Shown here: positions 1 to 11,700 of the stretch, in pieces
Layout: each line of letters opens with the position of its first letter
Position numbering within the stretch: position 1 is the first letter of the stretch
NCBI GenBank assembly: GCA_030704615.1
Contig: CM060731.1
Coordinates: forward strand, 55,552,001-55,616,000
Direction of reading: 5' to 3'
Source: Takakia lepidozioides
Lineage: Eukaryota; Plantae; Bryophyta
Length of the DNA stretch: 64,000 nucleotides
The notes under the pieces: generated by a model
What the model was told of the DNA's origin: nothing
What the model saw: the letters and a program-made list of their open reading frames with translations, nothing else
The model's database searches: none
Program-made: the position numbers and the translations under genes

Positions 1-1105
1 CTGTTGTTACTACAGCCACACCACAGCCACCACAACCTGAGGTATGGGGGAATGTTGCTTTTAACCCACCTAAAACTCCAGCTGCAAGGGAGTACAGTTG
101 GGCTACGATTATGCCCTTCAACCAAATTCCCATTGTGTTGGATTTGGCTTGGAAAGAATTTAGTCCTCCGCAGTCATTGGCACATTACTATCAAATCATG
201 CGCATTTGGCTGCCAGTGGCCACCAGGACTAAAGTTCTTCCGAACAATCGACCAATTGAGGATCATCACTTTGCGCAGTACAAGCATGAGGCAAGTACCA
301 TGTTGAAGGAATTAATTGCCTTCCAAGTTGTGCATGGATTCATTTATACCAAGACCAAAGAGATAGCAAGTATTGTCATGGGCTGCGGGTTATACTACGC
401 TGCTTGTTTTCTGGTACGTTATCACATTGAGCAACAGAAGATGCAAACGCGCTTTCTGAATTATTCCAGTGGGGATCATTGGGTCTCACCTTCAGTGCCA
501 CCTCATATGTACCTATATGAGGCAAAAGTTATGATGCAAAAGGATTCTCAGATTCGTTCATGGTTCATGCGGCCTGGAACAATTTGTCAACACATAAATT
601 CGGGCCTGACGATATTTTCTTTAAGGGACATGAGGCATGGAAATATTTGCACAATTCACAAGTCATTGGTACACGACTCACATGGACAGACAAGGAGCTC
701 AGGGTCTTCACCAATTTTGCAATTCAGCGCTTACAACAAGTTTTACAGTTTAAACTTCCAGACATGGTGGGACAACATTGTATGCCCCAGAGAATTCCAG
801 TTAAAGTTCGACAGTTAAAACACCTCAGGGGGGACAAGGATTCTGATACAACTATTTCTTCAGCGGACTCTTTTGACATGGCAGAGGACTATGCAATTCA
901 GATGGCAGAGAAGAAGCGAAGGGGGTCTCCTATGCCTGAAAGATTACCTCGATATCAGCCTCCAGAGGGACTGACATATCCAGGTAGTGTTCAATCATCT
1001 CCCTCAACCAGTGACAGAACACGGGCTCGCACACGGAGTCCTTCACGAGACTCTCAACGTCACAAGGGTGCTTGCTCACAAAGGTTTACAAATCCCAAAC
1101 AGTAA
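1..1105 (+). pseudogene. 3' additional ORF (unknown function) of Ty3/gypsy family A, frameshifted
   Basis: ORFs 111..818 and 560..1105 join by frameshift. They are homologous to the minus-strand ORF 43502..44176, and both lie directly upstream of PPT+LTR. Confidence 0.75.
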
Positions 1106-1126
1106 ACCGTGAGGACACGGCTTTTT

Positions 1127-1140
1127 GAGAGGGGAAGGGG
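1127..1140 (+). other. Polypurine tract of gypsy family A
   Basis: GAGAGGGGAAGGGG lies 3 nt before the LTR start TGTTAG. The same tract occurs reverse-complemented at ~43180-43193. Confidence 0.85.
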
Positions 1141-1143
1141 TAA

Positions 1144-2066
1144 TGTTAGAGGACTGCTTGGGACTTAGACGCTCTTACGGGATCTGTGGGGTACCCTTAA
1201 TTTTTCCACAGACTAAGACCAACAGGAGCCTTAGAGGTGACAGCAACAGGCTTTAGGGGGGGAGATACACAGCCCAACACAGTCCATCACAGCCCGTCAC
1301 AGCCGTCACAGTCCAACACAGCCAGTCATAGCCCAACACAGTCGCACAGCCAGTCACAGCCCGTCACAGTTTTACACAGCCGGTCACAGCTTGACACAGC
1401 TGTCACGACCATAGGGAACGGATAGCAGGACAGAGAACGACTGTGGGGAACAACATCTACGAATGGAACATGTTAGTTCACGGATGACGGTTAGTGAGGG
1501 AAACGGTTAGAACAACGGGTAGGAAGATAAAGCCAGGAGCCAGGACTGGAAAATGATCAATTTATGGGGGAGCACTTCTTGGGGGGGACTTCGGACATTA
1601 CTGGGGGAAATGAGGCAGAGAGCGCATCTCTGAGCAGAAAGAGGGAGAGCACGGAGTAGGAGGAGGACGATCTGTTGATGCTTGATGAATGCAAGTAGTA
1701 GAGTTGTAATGTAGAGCAAATTAGAGACTCCATGGCTTCAGCCTGATACTTGATAGATATTAATCTGATACATACTTCATACTCACACTGTGTAGAGAGA
1801 TCTGAGTGAAGCTGTGGAATGAATGGATGAGTTGATGGAATCCGATAGATTGCTGAAGCAAAGTGATACTTAATTACCAACAGTAAGGTAACTAGCTAAC
1901 ATGAATGCGGGAATGAAAACAAATAGGAAACACCCCCATGATACCCTAGCTGTAGGTCATGACTGATTGTTCTGAGCGGGCTGAGTGCTTAGAGATTTCC
2001 AACTCTTCTATCTTGGAGTTTGCGCCTCGGATAGCGAAGGGATGGGTGAGTAAAAGCCGCGCAACA
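1144..2066 (+). mobile_element. 3' LTR of gypsy family A (copy 1)
   Basis: TGTTAGAGGAC...GCCGCGCAACA, homologous to the LTRs at 24818, 42065 (rc) and 57914. It is inserted into PLE sequence: the flank 2067-2231 matches 4405-4570. Confidence 0.9.
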
Positions 2067-2288
2067 TGGATCTAGTTCTCTCTTGTCGAGAACTTGTTTT
2101 CATCCACTGGATGACTTTCTCCCACCGAGACTTTTTGGACTATTCTCTCCGTACGAGACGTCTGTTGGATGGTTTTTCTCCTCACGAGACATCCACTGGA
2201 AGATTGTCCACACGAGGCAGTTCACTCCTAGTAGTATATAAGCGGGGGGGGGTGGGGGGGGTGGGGTTTGTATCTCATTCCTTTTCTT

Positions 2289-2330
2289 TCCCACTGATGA
2301 GCTCACGTGCTGAGCGAAACTAGTCTGGGG
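2289..2330 (+). ncRNA. Minimal type I hammerhead ribozyme (HHR-a1)
   Basis: CCCA-CTGATGA-GCTCA cgtgc TGAGC-GAAAC-TA-GTC^TGGGG: conserved core, stems I and II, palindromic ACTAGT stem III. Confidence 0.9.
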
Positions 2331-2878
2331 TCTATAAAGATTTGGCTTCCCTACTTTGCATGATCTTGCCTCGTGGTCTCACCCTTTGAAGTTGTCGAGT
2401 TTTAGATGCGTTTGTATCCCCTGCTTTAGATCATTGCATTGTTATGTGCTCTGTGTCTATACGGCATGCCATAAACTCCCTCTCGAGTAGTGCATGGGAG
2501 ATCTGCATCTAAGTTGTTCCTAGTGTGTCCATTCTCTTGCAAAACAGAGATAGGGTTCTTATTCTCCTGTGCATCCAGTGAAATAGTTCTCATACGCACA
2601 TTTGCCTCTTGCATAGGTTTGCAGTTGCATTTAAGGACACCTCGCATACTTCTATTCTAGTTTCCTGTCTCTCAGGATCTCTCCTTTCAGGTTTGATTCA
2701 CAGGATCTGAAATTTTTCCAGGGGTGCATATTTGGCCCCCCCTAAAACTTGTTTGCCCGGATCGTGTTTATCTTGCACCCGGTGCATCCGCGTTGTACTG
2801 CTACACTTGTTTTGACGCTTTATGTAAACCCTAAACCCTAAACCCTACTTGTGGGGTTTGTATCTCATTCCTTTTCTT

Positions 2879-2920
2879 TCCCACTGATGAGCTCACGTGC
2901 TGAGCGAAACTAGTCTGGGG
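2879..2920 (+). ncRNA. Minimal type I hammerhead ribozyme (HHR-a2)
   Basis: Identical core to HHR-a1. Confidence 0.9.
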
Positions 2921-3461
2921 TTTATAAAGATTTGGCTTCACTACTTTGCATGATCTTGCCTCGTGGTCTCACCCTTTGAAGTTGTCGAGTTTTAGATGCG
3001 TTTGTATCCCCTGCTTTAGATCATTGCATTGTTATGAGCTCTGTGTCTATACGGCATGCCATAAACTCCCTCTCGAGTAGTGCATGTGAGATCTGTATCT
3101 AAGTTGTTCCTAGCGTGTCCATTGTCTTGCAAAATAGAGATAGGGTTCTATTCTCCTGTGCATCCAATGAAATAGTTCTCATACGCACATTTGCCTCTTG
3201 CATAGGTTTGCAGTTGCATTTCAGGACAACTCGCATACTTCTATTCTAGTTTCCTGTCTTTCAGGATCTCTCCTTTCAGGTTTGATTCACAGGATCTGAA
3301 ATTTTTCTAGGGGTGCATAACTGCCCCCCCTAAAACTTGTTTGCCCGGATCGTGTTTATCTTGCACCCGGTGCATCCGCGTTGTACTGCTACACTTGTTT
3401 TGACGCTTTATGTAAACCCTAAACCCTAAACTTGTGGGGTTTGTATCTCATTCCTTTTCTT

Positions 3462-3503
3462 TCCCACTGATGAGCTCACGTGCTGAGCGAAACTAGTCTG
3501 GGG
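3462..3503 (+). ncRNA. Minimal type I hammerhead ribozyme (HHR-a3)
   Basis: Identical core to HHR-a1. Confidence 0.9.
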
Positions 3504-4566
3504 TTTATAAAGATTTGGCTTCACTACTTTGCATGATCTTGCCTCGTGGTCTCACCCTTTGAAGTTGTCGAGTTTTAGATGCGTTTGTATCCCCTGCTTT
3601 AGATCATTGCATTGTTATGAGCTCTGTGTCTATACGGCATGCCATGAACTCCCTCTCGAGTAGTGCATGTGAGATCTGTATCTAAGTTGTTCCTAGTGTG
3701 TCCATTCTCTTGCAAAACAGAGATAGGGTTCTATTCTCTTGTGCATCCAATGAAATAGTTCTCATACGCACATTTGCCTCTTGCATAGGTTTGCAGTTGC
3801 ATTTCAGGACACCTCGCATACTTCTATTCTAGTTTTGTGTCTCTCAGGATCTCTCCTTTCAGATTTGATTCACAGGATCTGAAATTTTTCCAGGGGTGCA
3901 TAACTGGCCCCCCTAAAACTTGTTTGCCCGGATTGTGTTTATCTTGCACCCGGTGCATCCGCGTTGTACTGCTACACTTGTTTTGACACTTTATGTGAAC
4001 CCTAAACTTTCTTATAATGTTAGCTGCAACACATATTTAATCGCCTTCATGTAATGGAGGCAGATGTTGTTCTCCATTCTTTTGACCAAGCTGCTCATTC
4101 ATTTGATGAAGCAACAATACGAAGACCGAGCCGTGTTTCTTCTTGGAGGTCGGAAGGTGGGGATCGTGGTTGGACACGTTAAGGACAACACAGCTGCAGG
4201 CTTTAGCAAGACGATGGTTGCGCGATGGTCTGCGTGTGCAAAGCTCTTACGGGTTTTGCGTTCCTTTCGAAGTGGTTTCAGCCCTTGTGACTTTTCACAA
4301 CATGCTCTAACTTCAGTGTAATTGGTTGTTGCATAGTCATAAACTCACGGAGTTAGTTGTATTTGAGAGATATGCAATTGACTATTTGGATGATTTTTAT
4401 TCTTTGGATCTGGTTCTCTCTTGTCGAGAACTTGTTTTCATCCACTCGATGACTTTCTCCCACCAAGACTTTTTGGACGATTTTCTCCGTACGAGACATT
4501 TGTTGGATGGTTTTTCTCCTCACGAGACATCCACTGGAAGATTGTCCACATGAGGCAGTTCACTCC

Positions 4567-4905
4567 TAGCTTGACCCACAAGCTCGAGCAATCGAAACCG
4601 GTCTTTGAGACTCGCCTCTCAGATTTGATTTCGCCTTGACGATCCTTAAATTTGATAGGTGACAAGTCTAAGTCTTCCATTGAGTCGTGGCATCTTCATC
4701 TTAGCAATCTCTTTGTTACTCATGTAGATGCATTTCTCATTCACAAACAACTTTCCGACGTCAGCAAGGTCGCGGCTATCGCTGCTCGCAACGTTGCTCG
4801 GGAAGGTGCTATGGAAGAAGCGGAGACCCTCCATGTGGAACCGTCCATTGCTACCCTCGTGAAACGCGAGGTGGTCAAGGAAGTACTCAAGGAGGTGAAG
4901 AAGGT
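4567..4905 (+). pseudogene. Truncated duplicate of PLE ORF1 segment
   Basis: Near-identical to 5162-5500. It ends at GAAGAAGGT followed by telomeric repeats. Confidence 0.85.
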
Positions 4906-4928
4906 TTAGGGTTTAGGGTTTAGGGTTA
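4903..4928 (+). repeat. Interstitial (TTTAGGG)3 telomeric tract at a PLE junction
   Basis: GGTTTAGGGTTTAGGGTTTAGGGTTA. Confidence 0.9.
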
Positions 4929-4983
4929 AGGAATTCTAAAGTCTTAGGCATGAGCATGAAAGACTACCAAGTACCTTAAAAAA

Positions 4984-5846
4984 TTGCGAGTGCAATTCGA
5001 AGAAGGCACCATACCCAACTCCCTTAGAATGAGTCCTCCTAAATTTCAAATAGGAGATCCCGAGGCCCAATCCGTCCTTGATGCGAGCCTGGCCGAATGC
5101 ACAACCGCATATCGGATCAAGTGCTTTGAAGCACTCATCAAAGCCCAAGAATCTCGATTTGCTAGCTTGACCCACAAGCTCGAGCAATCGAAACCGGTCT
5201 TTGAGACTCGCCTCTCGGATTTGATTTCGCCTTTACGATCCTTAAATTTGATAGGTGACAAGTCTAAGTCTTCCATTGAGTCGTGGCATCTTCATCTTAG
5301 CAATCTCTTGTTACTCATGTAGATGCATTTCTCATTCACAAACAACTTTCCGACGTCAGCAAGGCCGCGGCTATCGCCGCTCGCAACGTTGCTCGGGAAG
5401 GTGCTATGGAAGAAGCGGAGACCCTCCCTGTGGAACCGTCCATTGCTACCCTCGTGAAACGCGAGGTGGTCAAGGAAGTACTCAAAGAGGTGAAGAAGGT
5501 GGTGAATTCCATCCAGGTGAAACCTAAGGCCCAGAAGCTTGGGACCAAACCGGCTAGTAAGCCTAAGGCGAATCCTGGCGGAAAGTCGGGAAACGGCAAG
5601 CAACAGAAAGGTATCCGGGTCTCCACCCGTTCTGCTGCGTCACCTACCTCTTTCAACAAGAGGTCAGGCCCGAACCGCACAACCGGTTCTGGTACGGGAG
5701 GCCGAAAACTTTTAGCGAGGGTCAACGGAAAACCGGCCACGACGAAGGGTGCGACGACGACGACGACGACGAAGATGAAGCGGCCATACGTACCTCCTCA
5801 CAGACGCGGGGGCGCACGAGGAGTCTCTTCTGGTACCCGCTCGTAG
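4984..5846 (+). pseudogene. PLE ORF1 (helical N-terminus plus K/R-rich basic tail), 1-nt frameshift near 5308
   Basis: ORFs 4984..5322 and 5406..5846. The duplicate at ~4710 has the extra T (CTCTTTG vs CTCTTG) that restores the frame. Confidence 0.65.
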
Positions 5847-5863
5847 ACCCGAAGGCTTACGCT

Positions 5864-7689
5864 TTGTTGCTCTTTGCTAGGAAGACTCCCTCCCAAGTGG
5901 AATGCAGGGTCACCAACACTGCTATCCACAACTATAGCAAGAGGGTTCTCTTTTACGGAGTGACAACTCCTGGGCCTTGGTCTCAATTACATTCCTCGTC
6001 CTCTTCCCCCTTCCCGATCTTCAATCATCACCGAATTCAACAATTTTGCTCGAAGCTTGAGGTTGCGAACGTTCTTCTCCGGCAAAGACAACGACGAGGT
6101 TCCTCTTTGGCGCGTTCCAAATCCATCATTCAATCCGCCATTGGAAATCTCAACCGCTTGAGGCCATCATTCGAGAAGGTAATGATCTTTTGTCTAGCCG
6201 TTTGGATCGAATCGCCCGCAATGCACGACCTTGTCTGCCGAGACACTTGAGACTTGCTCTCAAAAGATTGAGGTCGGATCCGGACCTCGTCATCAAGCCG
6301 ACCGACAAAAATCTCGGTCTTGTGCTTATGGACAAGTCTTGGTACATGCAAGAGGCGATGCGGCAACTCTCAGACACCGAAGTTTATCGTCCCGTGGATT
6401 CCATACCGTGGGAAGAACTTTGGTCGAGGTTGGAGGTGCTAGCTTGCCATCCAATCTACAGGTTTGCGATCTCCACCAAAGAATGGAATTACATCCGCCA
6501 ACGCCCTCGGTCGTTCATGGACTTTCGAGCTTGTGCTTTGTACTTCATTCCGAAGGTGCACAAACCCGTGCTTGTTGGAAGACCCATTTGTTCCTACAAC
6601 AACTACATCTTCGAGCATGCTTCAATTTGGCTCCATCACCAACTCCTTCCGGTACTTCTCAAGGAACCCACTCATTTGGTTGATTCTCTCACGCTTCTTC
6701 GAGAGGTTTCCCAACTCGAGGTCCCCTCGCATGCTCTTCTTTTTACGTTTGACGTGGAATCTCTATATCCCAGCATCATCACCGAGCTCGGCTTGTATGA
6801 GCTTGAATGTGCTATTGGAGGTAATTTCACCAAACACAAAATCTAATCTCGCTAGATTAGTCTTGAACCACCATTACCTTGAGTTCAATGGTAGTTTTTG
6901 GCACCAAATTCGCGGGACGACAATGGGGAGCAACTTTGCAGTTGTTTATGCTTGTTTGTTCCTTTGTCGGTTGGAGATGTACATGGAGTACGTGTGCCCA
7001 TCGGAGCAAGAGCTGCTTTATCTTAAGCGCTATATCGACGACGGCTTTGGCATCTGGGTAGGCTCCGAAAAGAGCCTCCGGTCCTGGTTACGGAACTACG
7101 GTTCCATGTTCGATGGCATCAAAATCACGACCGCCATAAGCCCGACGGCTGCCGACATCTTGGATATCACCTTCTTCAAAGAAGACGACTTCATCCAAAC
7201 TCGACGGCTCTCTACTAGATGTCATCAAAAAGCCCAGAACAAGTATCAATACTTGCCTTGGTCCTCGTGGCATCCACATCACCAAAAGAAAGCTTTCGTC
7301 ATCGGCGAGCTCCAACGGTACGTAATACGAGAAAGCACCATCCAAGGGTTAACCATTTGCGACTTTTGTTTTACAAACGTCTTCGAGCCCGAGGTTATCC
7401 GGCGGCGTTCATCCGGAGTTGCTTCACCAAGATCTCCTACGACCTCAGATCCGCTCTACTCGACCAACAGACGCAACGCGCAGTTGAGGGTAAACGCCCC
7501 CCCCTTGTTCTTAAGCTCGACTACTCTTCGTACACTCGAGCCTTGAACTTGGGGGCCACCCTAAACCCTAGACTCCACGAGTTGCTTCAGCAAGTCCCGG
7601 AGCTTCGGTTTCTTCCTCGAGCGATGATTTGTTGGAGGAATCCGCGAAAGCTAAGTTCATTCCTAGTTAAATCTAGAATGATAGGATGA
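5864..7689 (+). pseudogene. Penelope-like reverse transcriptase lacking GIY-YIG endonuclease, with frameshifts
   Basis: Motifs VIKPTDKN, YFIPKVHKP..GRPICS, FDVESLYPSI, GTTMGSNFA, RYIDDGFGIW, QYLPWSSWHP and RARGYP. The ORF ends without a GIY-YIG motif and is split across ORFs 6190, 6464 and 7219. Confidence 0.9.
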
Positions 7690-7940
7690 TTTTGTAGTGC
7701 AAATGTCCCTAGCATTATTAATTTTGCCTCTTTGATAGCCCTAGTGTTGATGTTAAAGTCAAAGGGTTCCAACAATTAATTTGGACCATTGACTAATTAA
7801 TGCAGTCTTCACTTGGAGGCTAAATTAGTGCTTTAGTGGCATTATTATTGCCTTGGGAATTATCCCATATCGTTTGCACATAGTGAGGGTGCTTTTTCTA
7901 GTATATAAGGATAGGCTTGGCTCTTAGGACTTCATCTCTT

Positions 7941-7996
7941 GGTGTTCCACTGATGAGCTTGAGCAATCAAGCGAAACTTGTTTGGAATAAAACACC
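7941..7996 (+). ncRNA. Type I hammerhead ribozyme (HHR-b) at the start of the downstream pLTR
   Basis: GGTGTTCCA-CTGATGA-GCTTGA gcaa TCAAGC-GAAAC-TT-GTT^TGGAATAAAACACC. Stem I pairs TTCCA/TGGAA and GGTGTT/AACACC. Confidence 0.85.
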
Positions 7997-8795
7997 TTAA
8001 CTCTTTCTGTGTCTCCACACTTAGAGAAGTCGAGAGTCTAGTCCTTGCCCGCCCGGGCAACTTGGATCGAAGGGGTGCTCGGCTCCAAGGGGAATCCCAA
8101 CCCTTGGATACTTCCGAGGCCTTTTTTCTTTCCGAAGCACGGGCGTATAGAGCCTTCCGTTTGACGCCATCTTAGCCACCGCTTACAATGGGGAAGGCGG
8201 CTGGGGGTATATGGTAATCGTGTCGGGCAAGCTAATTTAGCCCCGACTACACAGTTTCCCCTGTCGTACGCCCGATGGTCGGAGAGAAGGGACTTGGTTG
8301 ATCCTCCCTCGAGTTCATCTCGAGCGATCAGAGGACTATGGGCATGCGCAAGCCTCTGCCGACCTAACCTTCTCGTCAGCGTAGCTACGGCGTGAGCCCA
8401 GCCCCGTGAGCCTGGGAGCTGAGCTCACGTTCAAGCTTTGAAGCGTGAGCTGAGCTCACGCTTCAGGGAAGCGTGAGCGGCATGAATCTGCTGGAGAAGC
8501 AGGTCCTATAGGCGAGGATTGCAGGAAGAGGGCCTATTACCGTGGACAAAACAAAGGAGGCCACCATGCACCATGTCTGCAATGCGTGCCAAAAAAGAGG
8601 AATATGTAAACATGGCAGATTTGAGCTCAGAATGATTGACACAGTTTATTTCAATTCACAGAGAGACGCTTACAATGAATCGCAAGTGCATTTGCCCTCA
8701 CAAGTGAACGAAATGTATATGTTTGTCATAAAATGAAAAGTCTTCACACGGCAACCTGGAAACCAGCATGGGAAGCGGGCATGGCTCGTATGTGT

Positions 8796-11700
8796 TCAAA
8801 GAGAAGTTGGCGGAGCTCTACGCGAGGTGTCCCGCTGCAGAAGGGTGATGACTTCTCCGTAGCCTAGTGTGGCTTGGTGAATGAATTGGTCTCTCTTACC
8901 GTCGCAACACATAATTACAAGGTATATGTAATATTGATGCTTGCAGGGGACCCACTTCCCTCTCATGCCGAGAGCGCCCTCACGCATCGTTACAAAATCC
9001 GGACAAGTGCACGATGGGAAATTCCCAATGGTAACTTGATATTCTTTGGCATGAAGAACTGAGCCAATTGACAGCACTGTGTAAATCCGTCCATACCCCG
9101 GGGAAGGGACTTCGGTGATACGAGTCACCGTAGCCTGCAAAATTCTAGCCGATTCCATCTTGCATTCGTGATCTGCACCCGAAGCAACACGGCGCACTGT
9201 TTTTCCATCTCTTTTTGTTGGGTGGGAGTCGGCACCGGGTGGAGGCATTGTCGGAGCATGTGGCACATCTGTGCCGACAGTGCATAAGGGCACCACCCGG
9301 GACCGTGCAAGACAAAACCCTCCCTCCTCCAGCATGCTTATCTCGGTTGAGGACAGCGATGTCCCAATTTTCACAGGCCAAATTGCGGGGGGAGGGGGCT
9401 TCATTATCACGGAAGGACGAACTGTTCCCTTCACGCATCGTGCCATATCGTCTGGGCAGAACCAAAACTTGTGTTCTTTTGACTCCCCACTATGGTAAGG
9501 TCGGAACAACCCTGTGAATGTTGGAGCTGGAGTCCCCCTGGAGCCTTTGCATATTTTTGATTTGCATTTCTTGAAAGAGGGGGTCCGAATTGCCATGCAA
9601 GCCACTCTAGATCCTGGTGGGGTGCGTTCTATATGCCAGTCACTATCAATGCAATCAGATTCCTGCACCATGGCCACCACCTCCTCCAATGGGATTTCCG
9701 CTGCTATGCTTGCATGTTCTGCACCTGCTCCACAGGAGGAGGACCCACCTGGGAAGGGGCCGGCACAGGACTTAGTCTGCACTGGAGACACCTTTGGCAC
9801 AGAGAAATTGACCCTGTCTGGCCTATGGGAATCTCCATCTGACCCTGGAAGAGTGTTTAATTTCCTTTTGCATGATCCAAATCTTTCCTCGCCTTCCAAA
9901 TGGGGGAGCCTGGATTGCAGAGGGGAGCCTTCAGTGCACCTGTTTAGAGCTCTGGCCATCTTTGACGGGTCTCCGGACCTACTCGCAGCCCTTAGCATCA
10001 ACAAAGTCGAATCGGGGCCCTTCCCTCCACCCCGTCCCATCAGAAAATTGCGGTACCTGGTTTGTTGTGTAAGTGCCCGCACCATGTCATCAGCAGTGGC
10101 CACATACAAGTCACGACCTGCTTTGGTAGACTGTTGCATCCAGGCGTTGTGAACAGTCTCTGCCAAATTACACGATGGCATGTCGGCCAAGTCCTCCAAG
10201 GACATGTCCTGCAGGAGGCATTGCATGGAAATGTGAGGAAGGAAAAGAAATGGTAGAGGTTCTTCAAGTGACAATCGAACAACCCCAAATGAACAGGCAC
10301 GATGCAAAGTGCAATTTGTGTTTAAGGAAAACTTGTGAGGCTTACCGTCGTCATGAAAGCTCCCCACTGTCTGTACCTGAAGTGCCAGAAAACCAACCAG
10401 TCCTCCAACTCCTTCAGGTGGATACCTGTAGCAGCACCAGCGGAGAACCACCAAGCCCGGATTGCCTGGTAAGTGCTCTCAGCTTCTCCCATTGAGGTGG
10501 CATTCTTGTACTTCAGACAGAGCCTTCTATGCTCCAACTGAAGGTCAGGGCGAATGCAGCGCTTTGTATGACGTGCCAGAGATTGACTCCAATGGAAGAG
10601 GCATGTGCGCTCCCTATTTTCCATGGGGACCTTAGGATCCCCAGAACCAAACACGCGCCGCACTGCATTGAAATTTGCCTGTGCACTATCAGCCATGAAG
10701 CCCGCAAAATTTGTGTTCTGTATTCCATTGCGCTGCATGACGGTCAGGAGGGAATTCCACATGAGCATCTGGGATTCAGTGTCCTCCGACTGCATATCAC
10801 AAATTGCTATGGAGAGCACACGCTGGTACGCTGGATCATACACATGGCACGCCATGGTTGTCCAACCCTTCACCCATTTGCAGTGATCAAACATTAACCA
10901 ACATTTAGCCAAATCTCCTCCAGGTTGCATTCGGCGGACAATGCTCACACCACTGCCTTGGCCCACAGCGGACATCTTGAACAAATACACTTTGGACGAG
11001 CCCTGGCCAGGGAAGATACTGTTTTGAATGAATTCATAGCGACTCCTCCGTTTGAGGTCCATAATGTTGTCCATGAATCAGCAGTGCCTGTGCCCATTCT
11101 GAGTGCATTCACCTGGTTTCGAATATTGGGAGAGCTCAACACGGAGAAATGGTCCATGACTGCCTCAAGGGAATCTGCATCCAGCATTGGCTGTGTCGCA
11201 TCCCCTTCACCCAGTATGTGTTTTTCCAGGAATGCCTTGCTAGCTGCAAGCGCTATAGCAGAAGGTGTTGCAGAAGGGGCATTATGGAACTCTTGCTTCA
11301 GTAGATTTCTAGCGATGTCCACGCTATCCCTGCAACTCCCTTTGGACACAGGATGCTCGTGTGCACCCATATGAATGCAGGCACGAGTCATTGTCTTGCA
11401 TCGATGTGCCACCTGATACATACGAGCGTGGCAAACAGAAACACAGGACGGGGAAAGTTTGCAGAACCTGCACACAAAAGTATTGGTCTTGGGAGGTGCA
11501 AGCCCTGGGGTGAAAGGATTCAGGGGCACACCTTCCCACTCACTTTCGTTTGGCTGAGCGCTGTTTCTCAGCCGAGGGCAAGAAATATTCAGGCACTTGC
11601 AATGCCCAACGCAAACCGACCTCCGAAATTTCAAGCCAATGTCGTTATGGATGTTCGAAGTTTTTGTCCTGCACCAAGGATGTCCGTCATGTTTCTTGTC

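Larger units (their letters stand above)
2261..4007 (+). repeat. Three tandem ~585-bp Penelope pseudo-LTR units, each with a hammerhead ribozyme near the start and (CCCTAAA)n at the end
   Basis: Near-identical units start at ~2261, 2851 and 3434. Telomeric tracts lie at 2825-2847, 3414-3431 and 3998-4007. Confidence 0.9.

Noticed and set aside
2825-4928. True chromosome end
   Set aside because: The telomeric tracts are only 1-3 units long and are flanked by TE sequence on both sides.
6190-7689. Telomerase, group II intron or LINE RT
   Set aside because: The motifs (DK..., PKVHK, GxxMG, YIDD, HP, RGYP) and hammerhead pLTRs fit Penelope-like elements. There is no TRBD and no APE domain.
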